From Guillardia theta CCMP2712 (lineage: Eukaryota; Protista; Cryptophyta): a stretch of 64,000 bases of DNA. The stretch is taken from assembly GCF_000315625.1 (NCBI RefSeq), contig NW_005434636.1:393298-457297 (forward strand), given 5' to 3'. The notes beneath the pieces are model-generated. The model was not told where the DNA came from. It did not search any database and saw only the letters and a program-made list of their open reading frames with translations. This document shows, piece by piece, positions 20,986 to 35,200 of the stretch. The stretch's first letter is position 1; every line of letters begins with the position of its first letter. Both the position numbers and the translations under genes were made by a program.

Positions 20986-23900
20986 ATGTCGCTTCCTCCC
21001 TCATCGTCTCAGAGGATACAGAGGACGAGGTCGACGATCAGTCGAACGCCTTCCGTGTCTTCTCGTAGGAGCGAAGCAGAAGACCCCGAAGTGATAGTTC
21101 GCTGTGACATAGCGAGGAAGGGAGGCAAACTCGATCTCTCCGGGTTCTCTATTCAACAGATCTCGCATTCTATGCTCGATCTCGGGAATTTTCTGAAAGT
21201 TTGCTGGCTCCATGAAAACTCTCTGACAACTTTGCCGGAGGAAATCTCATCATGGTCCTTGGTCTCACAGTTGAGGCTCAGCAACAACGCCTTGACAGGG
21301 TTGCCATCATCCATAGGCAAGCTCAAGCACCTCAGCATGCTCTTTGTTGATCATAACAGACTTCGATCTCTCCCGGAGGAAATCTGCGAATGTAAACAGC
21401 TCAGTCATCTCAACTTTCAGTATAACCGAGTGGAAAGAATCCCGATAGATGTGATATCTCTGAGCAAGATGCATGAATTCTTATATGAAAACAATCCCTT
21501 GGTATTCCCACATAAGTCTGTCGCAAACAAGGGATATACTGCAATCATCAAGTATTTCAAACGTTTCTCAAATGCAAATAAGACAGGGAAATTGGATCTA
21601 AATCACTGCGATCTAGATCATATTCCACTAGAAGTACAGTACTGTGCTGAAAAGTTGACAATTCTTGATCTAGCGGACTTCTGTCCATCTTCAGGAATTA
21701 GCCTTCCTTGTGAACTGAGCAGATGTAAACATATCACAAACATAAGGTTCCATCCCGAAGCAAAACATGTTTTTCCTCCTCAGACTGTGATGCAACAGGG
21801 AGTGGGAGCTCTTTTAGCTTACTTGTCTCAATTCATGGAGGGGAAAGCAAACAACACTGTAAATTTAAGTAAGTTTGGCTTACGATCTTTTCCTTCAGAA
21901 CTTCTTGGAAATCCTCTTCTCAAAGGATATTTGTTTTCAAGGGTGGTGTTAGATGAAAATCTCTTGCAGAATTTGCCAGATGCAATTGCAAACCTCGCAA
22001 CCTTGCAAGAGCTGCATGTCAGAGAAAACAAGTTAGAATCTATTCCAGCTACAATGGCATTCTTAACGCAACTAAAAGTGCTCGACTTGAGTGGAAACGA
22101 GCTGAAACAAGTCAACAGAAGCTTTCCAGTGATTCAATCGCTAGAACGTCTGATTTTGAGCAGAAACAAGATCGAAACATTTGAGAACTTCGGCGGCGGA
22201 GAGGAACTTGCTGTTATTGATGCATCAGATAATCAGATCCAGCGCTTTCCTGTAGAGTTGTCACAATCAAGCAAGTTATCAACTTTACTTCTGCAGTCAA
22301 ACAACATTAGCACTTTGCCCTCTGAGATAAGATTCTTCACTAAACTCAAGGTGTCTACAACTTATGAACTTGATTGATATTGACTGAGGTGTTCAGGTTC
22401 TTGATCTCGCACACAATGGCATAAAAGAAATCCCGGATGAGATTGGAGACATTTCCTGCTTAGAGAGCTTGCGATTAGATCAAAATGCCTTTCATTCGCT
22501 CCCGACTACTATCGGACAGCTCAAGAATCTGAAAGAGCTTACTCTTATGGGATGCACCAAACTGCGGATTATACCTCCAGTACTTGGCAACATTTCTCAC
22601 TTTCAAGCTCCTCTACGCTACGGCAGGCCGGCTCTTGAAACGTTGGCTTTGGACAGTCACTTCTTGCTGTCGCCACCAGCTGAAATCATTGCGAAGGGCA
22701 TTGAGGAGATTTTCTTTTTCTTGAATCTGATATCGCATGCACACCAAGATTTGTCCTTAGCTTACGTCTCTCAAGGTTTGCTTGCGTTCCCCCTCAACAT
22801 GTTTGAAATGCCATGGTTGAGGGAGCTGGACTTAACGGACAACTTGATATCAGAGTTTCCCGAGGAGATGAAGATATTGACTTCCCTTGAAAAGCTTGTG
22901 TTGCAGACGAACAAGCTCGAAAGCGTCCATGAATCAATCAAGTTCTTGACCAAGTTGACCTTGCTCAACGTCAAAGACAACCCTTTGCAAACACTGCCGG
23001 TCGAACTTGGTTTCTTGTCAGCGCTCAAGTCCCTTGAATTGGGTTACCCGGGTCCTGCAACTACAATTCCGCCGAGTGAGATCGCACGCAAAGGAGGGGC
23101 GGCAGTTCTCGACTACTTGAGGAGGATCGTTCAATCAAAGTCTTCTTGTCGCTTAGAGATGCAGCGATTGGGGCTCATTGCAGTGCCCTCAGAGATTGCA
23201 GGATTTTGCTCTCAGCCATATAAGGTTTCCTTTGCACACAATCATATCTCTACCATCAGTTCAGAAATTGGCCTGTTTGAGAATGCTCAAACATTGTGTT
23301 TTAACGACAACAAGCTGGAGAGTATAGCTTGCGAATTGCGAAATCTTACTCGACTAGTGCGTTTGGACCTTGAGGGAAATCTGTTTGAAACCATGCCTAA
23401 TATCTTGACGTCTTTGACCTCTTTGACAGTGTTGAATCTTAGCCGAAATCAGTTGTCAGATTGCCCAGTCCACCTGTGCAAATTGACTCTGCTGGAGGAA
23501 CTGATCCTCGATCACAATAAGATCTCAGTACTTCCGAACAAGATCGGAAACTGCGGTGCTCTGAGGCACTTTTCAATCTCACACAACGCTCTCAGGAGTC
23601 TGCCGGCCTCGATCAAAGACTTCAAAAGGCTTCTCAACTTTGATCTTTCTCACAATCACCTGACGATCTTGCCGGCTGAAGTTGGAATGCTTCCTCTGCT
23701 GGAGTACATCGAAGTCTCGGGTAATCCCATTGAGAGTCCCCCTCCTGAATTTCTGTCCAAGGGCACCTACACAATATCGTTGTACTTGCGCAGGATCCGG
23801 GAGATGAAGGAAACAGGATACCTCACTCTGAACAACAGCAAGTTGACCAACATCCCAAGGGATGTCTTGAGCTACGATGCTGTCAAGTCACTGGATCTTT

Positions 23901-26900
23901 CACACAATGAAATCGCCGAGTTACCCACAGAGATTGGAAACCTTCGCTTCCTCGTGACTTTGGACCTCAATGTTAATCTCTTGCACAGTTTGCCAGACAG
24001 TATCGGACACTGCTTCTCACTCTGCGACCTTTACCTAACAAGAAACAAGCTGACCAGTCTTCCCATGGCCATTCACAAACTGACCAACTTGACCACCCTC
24101 GAACTAGATCTTGACGTTGTTACAAACCCACCTTCTGTGGTCTGCATGAAGGGAGGCAAGGAATGCGTACGATACTTCAATGCTATCAATGAAGCTTTCG
24201 CCAAGGGAATTGCCAGACTGCAGAATTTTGATCTCTTGGAAATCCCTTCCTTGTGCTTTGAAATCAATATGCAAGAAATGCACCTTGGTGGAAATCAACT
24301 CTCTTCTCTACCAGCTTCTGTTGTTCTGTTCACAAGTCTGAGAGTATTGAACTTGAACGACAACCTCAAGTTGAGGGACCTGCCCAAGGTCATGCGGACC
24401 ATGCTGACCCTGACAGAGTTCTCAATGGCTGGAAACGAGATCAAGTCTCTACCTGAGGAACTCTTCCGGTTGACAAACTTGATGAAGTTGGACCTTTCTA
24501 GAAACGAGCTCGATGGGATAGGGAATATCTTAGGCAACCTCTCAAGACTGACTTACCTGGACCTTTCGAGCAATCGTTTGTGGAACCTCCCCTGGCCGGC
24601 GCTGGTCAAGCTCAAGGTTCTTAAAACGCTCAAGCTAGGGAAGAATCCTCTGACAAATCTGAGTGCGAACATATCCGAGCTCTCAGCCTTGGAGGAGGTC
24701 GACCTGAGCGAGACGAGAGTGACGATGCTGCCGACTGAGTTTCTAGAGCTCGAGACTCTCAAAGTTATCAACCTCACCGACACTGAAATCCTCGGACCGA
24801 GCCCAGCTGTGACAGAGCAAGGCTTGCCAGCCATCTTGGAGTTCTTGCGGCACATCAGAGCAGCTCGAGGGACGTCGTCGCTCAACCTTATCGGCTTCAG
24901 TTGCGCAGGCGGCAGGCAGACAGGACTAGAGCCTTACAGCCTTGAGACGATCCTGCAATCCCTGACAATTCAGCGCAGCTCAGTCGAGTCTTTTCCGAGT
25001 GACTTCCTCGCGCTCTCCAAGTTGGTGAACATGGATATCTCAGAGAACCACCTCAAGTTGTTTCCAGAGAAGTTTGGGGCTTCCTTTCCTTTCCTTGTTA
25101 CCCTGGCAGCTGGTAAGAATCGAATCCAGGAGTTGAATTCCAGCTTCGGCTCTCTGACCCGGCTCAGCGCCCTGCTGCTGCCGGACAACATGCTGACAAC
25201 GATCGTAAAAGAGCTCGGGGGCTGCGTCAATCTTTCCCACATCGATTTGATTGGGAACCAGGTCACCTATCTCCCAGCAGAGCTGGGTAAGCTCCGGTCG
25301 CTGGCAAGAGTAGATCTGGAGTACAACTTCCTAACAGTTCTCAGATCCCTGAAAATGAATTGGAAAGATTATGGCCCACCTCCTACAGAGATTCTAGTAC
25401 AGGGCACGAAGACGATAAGAACTTTCTACGACAAGCTCTCTACCTCGGCTGAAGCATCTCAGAACGTCTCCTCAGTAGCTATCATGCCGAGTCTGAACTT
25501 GAAAGGTCATGGTTTCCTGAATGTTCCCAGTATTCTATTCGACGGTCATATGTTCGAAAATCTTGGAGCTCTGAACTTGTCTCACAACAACTTGATCTCA
25601 TTGGACCCAAGAATAAGCAAACTGACTTCTCTGCAAGTTCTCAACCTGAAAGGATGCAAACTAGATAGAATACCTATCTCTCTGGGTGTGATAAAGCTCA
25701 AGACGCTGAAGATGAATTTTGATCTGTTACAAAATATTCCTTACATCTTTCTGAAGCATGCAGAAACAGGCGTTTTGAATTACCTTGAAAAGGTGTACTT
25801 GGAGGCTACGGTTGGTTGTATCGATTTTTCTAATCTGAACATGGCCACTCTTCCGAAGGATCTGTCTGATTTCAGCTCCATCACTCAATTGTATCTTACC
25901 AACAATGTCATCCATCAACTACCGAAGAGTATCAGTTGTCTAACCAACTTGAAGAGCTTGAATGTAGACAACAATCGGCTCTCATCTCTTTCCAGACATC
26001 TTGGCGCTTTAACAAGTTTGACATCATTACATATCAGAGGCAACAGGATACAAATCATGTCGCCTGAGATATACAAGATGACGTCCTTGACAAACCTGGA
26101 ATTCGACTTCAACAGCATCTCTCCTCTACCATTGGAATTACAAGATCGAAACGCAGAGGTCTTGTTGTCTTTCCTTGCACAGATATATCATGCCCGAGGG
26201 AAGGTGAACGAAGTTTCGCCGCTGCCAGGACTGAAGCACGGAGACTCGTGGGAGATGTTTATCGAGGGCGTACCATATACTGTCACCATTCCACCAGACC
26301 TCGATATTGAGAGTTTGGAGCGTTTCAAATTCTATACCCCTGTGCTGGATCGCAACACGCGTCAAGAGCTGATCGACAAGGACTTTGAATGTCTGAAGAA
26401 GAACGATGTCGGGCTCGAGTTGAACCTGAGCAACCTTGCGCTAATTGACTGGAGTTTGCTGGCTGTGCCAGCCAAAGTGCTCAACGACTTGCAAGTCGCA
26501 ATCTTTGAAGACATAGTCAAACGCGAGAATGATGCGCATAGAAAAGTCGAGGTGGAAGGGAGAAGAGAGCCCATGGAGGTGGCCACAGATCGCAAGAACA
26601 ATGCAATAGAAGCATCAAACTTTACAATCACTGATGAAGGTGTAGTCAAAGCCTCCGCCGAAAAAGTCAGCAGAGCAGGATGGCTGACGGGGCTCTTTGA
26701 CCTCAAGAGGAAGAAGTCGTACAGAGATCTCCCATGCTCGATCATCGTGGAAGAGGATGATTTGATCGCTACCTGGGTTGCAGAGAAAGCTCTGAATAGA
26801 GCATACCCGCTCCCCATATGCTCTACCACGAATCTAACGACTTTGAGGTTGGACAACAACAAACTCTCCTGCATCGCCTCTTCCATCGGAACTTTGTCCA

Positions 26901-29218
26901 ACCTGACTGCCTTGTCATGTCGGAACAACAAGCTAGAATCAGTGTCATGGAGGTTGCGTTACTTGTACTTTCTGCGCGAGCTCGATTTGAAGAACAACCT
27001 TTTGACCTCTCTGCCGCCTAAGATTGGAAGATGCGACCGACTGGAGAAGCTTGTCTTGTCACGAAATTTCATTCATAAGCTTCCGATCTCCATCGGTCGC
27101 TTGTCAAGGCTGACGGCCCTCGACATCAGTGAGAATCCGATTGAGTATCTGCCCCATGAAATCGGAGGGATGGACAACGAAGAGTTTCAAGACATGGTTG
27201 GCCTCAGGTCTATCAAGGTGATCAAAGCAAAACGTTGTTCATCCCTGCTGTATCTCCCCAGCAAGCTTTACCGTTTGACCACTTTGCGCGAACTTGATCT
27301 TGTCGAGACCTCGAATCTCAAAACACCTCCACAGGAGATCCTCGCTCAGGGCTTCGACGTACTTTTCAAGTACATGTACCAGCAGTACGTGAGCGAGTCT
27401 GCGTTGAAGTGGGAGACTGTGAGCTTCGGGTTGCAGCGCATGCCGAGCTCTATCTTCGAGATGAACAAATCTCTTAGCGAGAGCCATGGCAAGGATGAAG
27501 GCATGCCCTGGTTGAAGGAGATTGACTTGTCAAACAATTACATCGGCACAATCTCAAGGCAGATTACGCTCCTTAGAGACCTTCGAGTCTTGAATCTTGA
27601 GAGAAATCAAATCTCCAAGGTATCAAAGAGTCTCTCCTATCTGACCAGATTAGGGAGAATCAACTTGAGTTCAAATTTTCTCACAACGGTCGGGAAGGAA
27701 TTTGGCACTCTTGCAGCATTGAAGTTTCTTTCTTTGGACTACAACCAAATCGAATTCATGGACGAAAGCTGTGCAAATTTGAGATCTTTGATGCACTTGT
27801 CTTTAATGTCGAATATGCTGAAAACTTTTCCAGAAGTCATCATCTCGTTGGTAAATCTTCAATTCTTGAATCTCAGTTCAAATCAAATCGGGAAAATTCC
27901 AAACACCATTGGCAGATTGCAGTCTCTAGAAATATTCCTGATGCAAAACAATGCCTTAGATTCCATTCCAGAAAGCATCGGACAATTGAAGTCCCTTCAA
28001 GAGCTTGATCTTTCGGACAACAACATACAACTGCTCCCACTGAGCATAGGCAGCATATCAGGTCTGAAGAAACTGGACACAAGGAGGAATGGCTGCATTC
28101 GGCCTCCAAAGGGAACTCAAGAGAAGGGGCCTCAAGCTGTCGTCGAGTACCTCAAGAGGGTTGAGAACGCAAGTCTCCGCAAGCTGTTGGATGTTGAGAA
28201 CTTCGGACTGAGTTCGTTCCCGTTGGACACCCTTGCGATGCAAGACCTGACAGAGCTCAACCTCAGCGCTAACTCCATCTCTGCCTTACCGAGAGAAATC
28301 GTCGTCCTGACGAGGTTGGTCACCTTCAGGTATTCGTCGAACAATCTGTTGACCCTTCCCAGCATCGTATGCAAACTGACCACGTTGACCTCCTTGGACC
28401 TGCAAGAAAACAAGTTGAACTCACTGCCATCTAATTTCTCAGAGCTGCCTCTCATGTCCATAAATCTTTCAAGAAACAATTTCGAAATTTTCCCTCCTCC
28501 GCTGGAACGAATGACCAACCTTGAGCACATTGACTTGACGGACAACCGCCTGACAAGGTTGCCTTTCATGATCGGGCGCTTCGTGTATGCTACAGCTATT
28601 CTGCTGGGGGGGAATCAAGTTTCTGTGCTTCCGGACTCGCTGGGTGCCATGGGAGAGGCTTCGTTGCAGGTGATCAATCTCAGCAAGAACGGACTGTTTG
28701 ACCTTCCGTCAGCCTTGTTCAACATCAAGAGGCTTGAAAGAATCTGTCTGAGCGGCAACAACTTGAGGGAGCTTCCGAATCAGCTTTGTGTACTGAAGAA
28801 GTTGAAGGAGCTATGGTTGGATCACAACCAGCTGACTTACCTGCCATCGAGGCTTGGAGAGCTTGTCTCTCTCTCTGCTCTTTACCTTCACAGCAACCGC
28901 TTGAAGATGATCCCGAAGAATCTTGTGGAGCTCAAAGGCCTCAAGGTCTTGACTCTCAGTGGGAACGAGTTGAGGGAACTGCCATGGGACTTCCACAGGT
29001 TGAGTGAGCTCGAGGAACTTTGGCTTGATGATAATCAGTTTGAGGCCCTCCAACTGGAAAGATCATTGTTTCCTCGGCTGCAGTTCCTGACTTTCAGGCA
29101 CAACCCATTGACCAAGGAAGTTTTCAAACGTCTGAAAGAAAACTTTGAGGGTTTGGACAAAAATCACGATGAAGAAAATCAAGCGGAAGATGAAGAAAAT
29201 CAAGCAGACGATGAATAA
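20986..29218 (+). CDS. Giant leucine-rich-repeat protein (~2730 aa), single intron 22351-22396
   Basis: Dozens of LxxLxLxxNxLxxLP repeats; a 46-nt GT..AG intron joins ORFs 20962..22377 and 22469..29218 in frame. Confidence 0.9.
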
Positions 29219-29225
29219 CTTTCAT

Positions 29226-31876
29226 TCATTTATTTGAAATGCTAGCTCTTGAAATTTTTTGCGTAGCATCATGACACAGCATGATTGCATCGCTGACATC
29301 AGATCTGTGGGTCAGAGTCAGATGTTCGAATCTTTCATGTCACTAACCTTGCAAGCTTGTTTTCAGCTTCTTCAACAATGTGCTCAGCCTCTTCAATCAA
29401 TCTCTGAGCCTGTTCAATCGCAAGCTGCAGCAAACGTCAGTATTCTGACCTCTGTGTTCTCGGACTCACCTTCTTTAAACGGAAATTTTGCCTTCTGCTT
29501 TGTCTGGTCTCATGCTCAGATCTCAAAGTCTTTGCGGACAGTCCTAGATCCAGTGCCTTCTTCGCTTGTTCGAGAGTATGATGTGCTACTCCTGCGTTCC
29601 TGAGCAACTCTCCCTTGAATGTGTGGATTTGTCCTTTTTCTGCATTCTTCATCAGCTTCTGTGCCTGATCAGATCATATCAGTTCTGCTCCTGCATTCAC
29701 GAAAACTTTAAATCGAGAAAGGTACCATTTCCAAGTATCTATCTTCCAGAACACAGAGCATGCTATGCAATCGCTCCGTCTTGATCTTTTGTATGATACA
29801 TCTTGGGATCTGCCACTCTTCGATGCTCGCATATTCAAACAGATCCTTGAAGGTGGCAGATTCCTGGGATACCAGTTGTTGAAGTTCGCTTTCCATCGTA
29901 TCGTAGGATTTTACGCTTGCATTCAGCACTACATTTTCTATTTTGGCTTGAAGGTCAGACATCCCCGTATTCTCAAAGTACTTGTAAATAATGTTAACGA
30001 TCGATCAATAAACAATATGAGAAGAACCTGAAGCAGGTCTATCCGGCTGCATATTTCAAATGCCGCACTTAGAAATGATCTAACTTTCAATATGTCAAAA
30101 TCGCCCATCGTCATGGCTGCTGTGATTGAATCATCTATTGCAGGATTGACATCTGACGTGGTAAGTCTGCCATTGTAATACTCATTTTCTGGATTCTTCA
30201 TCGTCTGCACCTCCTTTTCTTCAGAATGAGCTTCCTTCTTCTGCTCAGCCAATGCCCTGTTGACGAGTTCTTCTCTGCGAAGTAGCAGCGTCTGAATTAC
30301 ATTTCTTCCCAACTTTGTATGCATTTCGAGCATCTCGGCTAGCTTGATCCCTCCGCACATGTCTTCAATGTCATAGTATGGTCCAAGTTCATTCGAGACC
30401 TGAACTTCTTGCAGCCCAAGAAATTCAGGAATATCCTTTGAGCTTGCCTTAAAGATTTTCCCAAGTATTTCAGTACGTGCAGTTTTTCGGGACTTGTATG
30501 CATCAAGATCCTCCACTTCTTCACCTCCTTCTTCCCATTCTTTCAACTCTTGAAAAGCTTCTGCATTCTCCTCTAATATTTTTGCAATAGACAGAAGATC
30601 ATCTTTAGATCGAGAAGCCTCGGGCATATCTGCCAATTCGTTGATCTCATCGATGATTTCCTGGATCGTTGTGTCGTCCGCACTGTTCAGTAAGAGTTCA
30701 ATCAGTTTTGGTCTGTGTTCCTTGTCTTCTCGATACATCATGTCATTCAACTTTGCAAGAACATTAGAAAGTCTGTTTCGGACCTCGATGAGATTATCTG
30801 GATTCTCCGAGTCTCGATGTAGTTTAGACATGGGAGCTACCCAGCTTCCAGCTACCAGGACCCTTCCTTCAGCTCCTCCCATTCCAATCTTCTCTAGTTT
30901 CCTGCAAAGCTCAGGGAGCTGAAGAACAGACATGGTCAAGTAGACAGGCTCTGTGAGGGTTTTCAGTTGAGTCAAAGAGTTTTGAAAATCTTCGTCTGCT
31001 TTCAACTTCGTCTTGAACGCAAGTTCTGACTCCGAGATAGCTTTCCAGATTTTCTCTACTTCTTCAGTGATATTGCTTTCTTCTTGGCTCATAGGTAACG
31101 AATTGGATTGAACTTGAGTACCAGTTGACGCTGTTGATTTAATTTTCGCAGGGTCAAGGTCAAGTTTCAAACCAGAGGCCATCTGTTGGATTTCGTTTTC
31201 TGCTTGCCCCAGGAGCTCGGAGCATTCATCTAACATGGCTTTGAGCTGATCTTTGATCTTGTAAACAAGAAGGTTCAATGTCTGGCTCAGACCGTCTCGC
31301 TTCAAGGAAAGTTCTTTGACGTCTTGGGCATCGTCAATAGATGATTCGTCATCAATTGATTCATTAAAAATGACCTGCGTTTGCATGTCTTGGTCCACAA
31401 GAACCTTTTTGTTATCATCCTTCTTTTCGTGCTTCTCTTCCGGCGGAATATATTCAAGGTGAAATACATTGTTGTGCCCAATCTTGTACCATCCTGAGTA
31501 TTTTCTTAGAAGCTCCGATTCCTTCGGTATTGACTCCCATTCCTTTCCATCCAACCTATCCCAACATACCTGACACATACCGGGTCTATCCAAATCCACT
31601 TTGATGATCCTACCTCCTCTTCCTCCGGACTCGTCCTTCATCCAAGCATCTTGTTGGTACCGTTTTGCTATCAGAACTTGCATGCCAGGTTGTGCTTTCA
31701 CGTCTCTCCCGACTAGCTTTTCGACTTGAAACGATCGCTGATGAAGTCCTGAAAGGTAAGACATGTTCTTCTTGCTCGTCTCTCTTGTCCCTCGCCTTCT
31801 TCAGGAGATCTCCGTTCCTTCCCCTCCTCTCTTCCTCATTCCTGCTTCACGCAGCTGCGCATTCACCACCTGCCAT
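29226..31876 (-). CDS. Coiled-coil protein with N-terminal MIB/HERC2-like domain (spliced)
   Basis: N-terminal PGMQV...W..DESGGRGGRI..V.....VCWD...GWYKIGHNNVFHL resembles the MIB-HERC2 consensus. The rest is helical and E/K/L-rich. Last exons read LAIEQAQRLIEE...ISNK* (stop 29226). Start is either 31764 or 31876 (via an intron). Confidence 0.6.
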
Positions 31877-32231
31877 GTGCTGCCCTCCTTCCAACTGCTG
31901 GTAGTGGCGATCACAGGCTTCACAGTACCCCAGGTGAGGGGGCTACCCCCATCTCTGACTGGGTAGTACCCCGTCTACTCCATACTCCTACTCGCAAACT
32001 TCTGGAAGTTTGAAACAAACTTTGAAACATTGCCAGTAAATTATTCAAAATATCCAAGATATGGAATGGACGGATGGCGGGAAAATGATCGCAAGCGAAA
32101 CACGATGCCGAAGAAGCTTCAGGCAGAACAATCGCGCTCGATAGACTCTGTTCAACATCGACAAACAATTGAGGAGGATGAGAGATGTTGAAGGAATAAA
32201 AAGTCCTCTTCAGATGATGTATAGCAAAGGC

Positions 32232-35200
32232 ATGGTGGCAAGCTACAGCCTGGGATTTGCACTAAGTATCGAACAACCCATAGATAATCCCCATAGTTCA
32301 GTGACAGTGTTTGAAGGTCTTATACTTCTACCTCATACATCGCCATCAAGTTTCGAATCGCTTCCTAAACACGATTTGTGCTGGTCTGCACAATACCAAC
32401 GACCCGCCAGTCTTCGGGGAGGGATGGTAAGCACGGAACTGCCTGGAATCCTTTGACATGCCCATGACTGCCAGGCCAAAGCGAGAGTGAAGAAAGCTTC
32501 GGAGAAGGACTTGAAATCAAAGAGTGTAAGCGAAATCAGGAATCTCCAAAGCCAGTCGTTAATTTCATGTTGACACAGGGCAAAGAAGAAGCTGTAGAAT
32601 TGGTTCACGAGGAAATTGAATCACAGCAAAACTCAACGGAAAATGTTTCTGTTGTGAGATGGGAAGTGCAAAAGGTGATTGAACTCAAAGATCGTCTTTC
32701 GTAGCCTGAGCAAGATCTCTGCAGGCAGGAGATCTCGAAGTTTTATCCACGAGAGAATCAGTTCTCAGAAGACCTGACATGTGGATTGGGGATGTCACGA
32801 CTGTCATGAAAAACGTTACTTTGCTTTATCAAAGTATCTCTTTGAATTTTCAGTAGGCTTGGGAAGTGGTCTTTGAAGACGAGGTTGTCGATGACGAAAA
32901 TGGTCTTTCACTTGTGTTCCTAAATGAATAATGATTCATCCTTGATGCAGAGAATATGACTTTTCCACCAAATTCCCTGGAAAGTCCGCTGAAGACACCG
33001 GTTAAATCTTTGAATCTCAACCATTCGTTGTCCTACCAGATGCTACACAACCAAGAAGATCTAATATCCCCAATATCTCCAAAGTTCAGCAATCATTCTC
33101 ACCAGAGCCCTACACCAAACAGGAGTCCAAGGAAGATTCCAGTTGATCCCGGAAAGATTGGTGGGAGGACACTGATCGCAAGGCAAAGAGAGATGAAATA
33201 CAATGCTGGTGTATTGAAAACATTCGATGAAATTATTGTCAATGCCGTCGATCGACAAGTTTGCGATTGAATAAGTGATTTCAATACCTTACAAGCACTG
33301 AACAGGTCGAAGTGGAAGAAATGCGTGAAATCAGAGTCAGTATCGATGCCGCAACGGGTAGGGAAACATGATTTATATTTCACCTGTATTAGAATTCAAT
33401 TCAACTCCTTCACAATCACAGGAAAAATAACCGTGTGGAACGATGGTCCGGGTATCGAACCTGTGATGCACAAGAGCGGTAAAGGATTGATCCCTGAGGT
33501 ACAACACAACCGGATGACTTTGATTGCACTGATGATTGGATGTCATGGTCTCGTGGTGTAGGTTGCTTTTGGAGAATTCATGGCATCAACTAATTTTGAT
33601 GACAACACCAGACAAAGATTTACGGGGTAATTTCGACCCTCCCCAAACTCTCACTTTTGAAATACTGAGATTGCTCCTTTCTTGCTTTTTTTCGAAAAGC
33701 GGTCGATTTGGAGTTGGAGCCAAAGCTACTAATGCATGGTCAAAAGAATTTACTGTGAAAACCTTTCATGCCAAATCAGGGGTTGAATATGAACAGGTAG
33801 TCAAAAAAATATATGTGTGAAATGTTAAACTCTGACTTTATTGGATTCAAGACGTGGACCGACAATATGTTGCACAAGACAAAGCCGAAGGTCGCGATGA
33901 TCAATCTATACGTTGATCTGAATGTTATCGAAATCCAGCTGGTGAACCATGAGCCAGCCAAGAAGGGGTGGACATGCATATCATGGATACCAGGTGATTG
34001 TCGGATATGAATCAAGCAGCACCTCATTGAATTGCATTGCAAGATTATGAGCGATTTGGGATGATGGAAGGGCTAGACAATGACACACGCGCATGCATGA
34101 CTATGCGAGTATACGACCTATGTGCATGCACTCGTGAAAATATTCGGGTAAAACCAATTCCAACTTCCTCAGGATACCAGAAAAATGAAACTTTTGCTCA
34201 CCAGATCACACTAAATGAAGAGGTTCTCCCCTTCAGAACGCTGCAGCATTATACTGTATAATGTTTCATCGACCTTATATTGCGAATTGACAATTTCGGG
34301 CAAGAATTTGTTCTGGCGGAATCCTGATAGTGGGGGTCGTGAAAGGGCTTACATCAATTTGCATGACCCCAAAAGTCCGGCTAGGATCGAAGCAATGATT
34401 TCAAGTTTACTTCTAAATCGTCACATGCAAGTCTTCTGATTGAGCGTTGTGCAGTATCTTCATCTGCAACTCTAGAAGCTAGAGGTATTGTTAATGGAGT
34501 TTTGTGTAGCCAGGTTTTCCATCAATGTGTAATTTTTGTCCATTATCTAATCTCTTTCGAAGGGTACTCATATTGAACACTTGGTCACAAAGATTTCGGA
34601 TGGGCTTGTGCAGGTATTTTCGTCATGAGAAAACCGAATCGTTTGAGATTCTTCAACAGCGGGCAATAAAGCAGCAAAAGCGTGACAAATTGAAGCTGGA
34701 TGACAGTAAAACAGGTCAATCCTTTCTGAACGACTCTCTTGGTTACTTGATGCATCAGGCTTGGCTAAGATGAAGAACTATTTTCGACAACACATGGCAA
34801 TAATTGGTTTGGTGCAGTTCTTTAGGTTTTAGCAATACTCAAATTTGTTCAAGTTGTCGCCTTATTGCCAAATCCAAGATTTGATGGACAGGTTTTCACA
34901 AACCTTGATTCTTGGATGTAATGGTTTTGATCAGACCAAAGAAAAATTGACCCTCAATCCAAAAGAATGGGGTTTCCCTGCAACCATCGATGAAAAGTAC
35001 TTTGAATTTGCTTATTGCTGTCCTGTCTTGTACTTCCTACTCGTTTGAATGCGACTCTCCGTTAGGCTAGTGGAAAGGATAGATCGACACCTTGGTCTTG
35101 TGGACAAGGTAAGATGATACACTGTCTTAAACTGCCAAGTTTGAAGCTGGAGGGTGAATCGAATGTTAGGTTTTGATGGAAGCAGAAGCCAGGAATCTTG

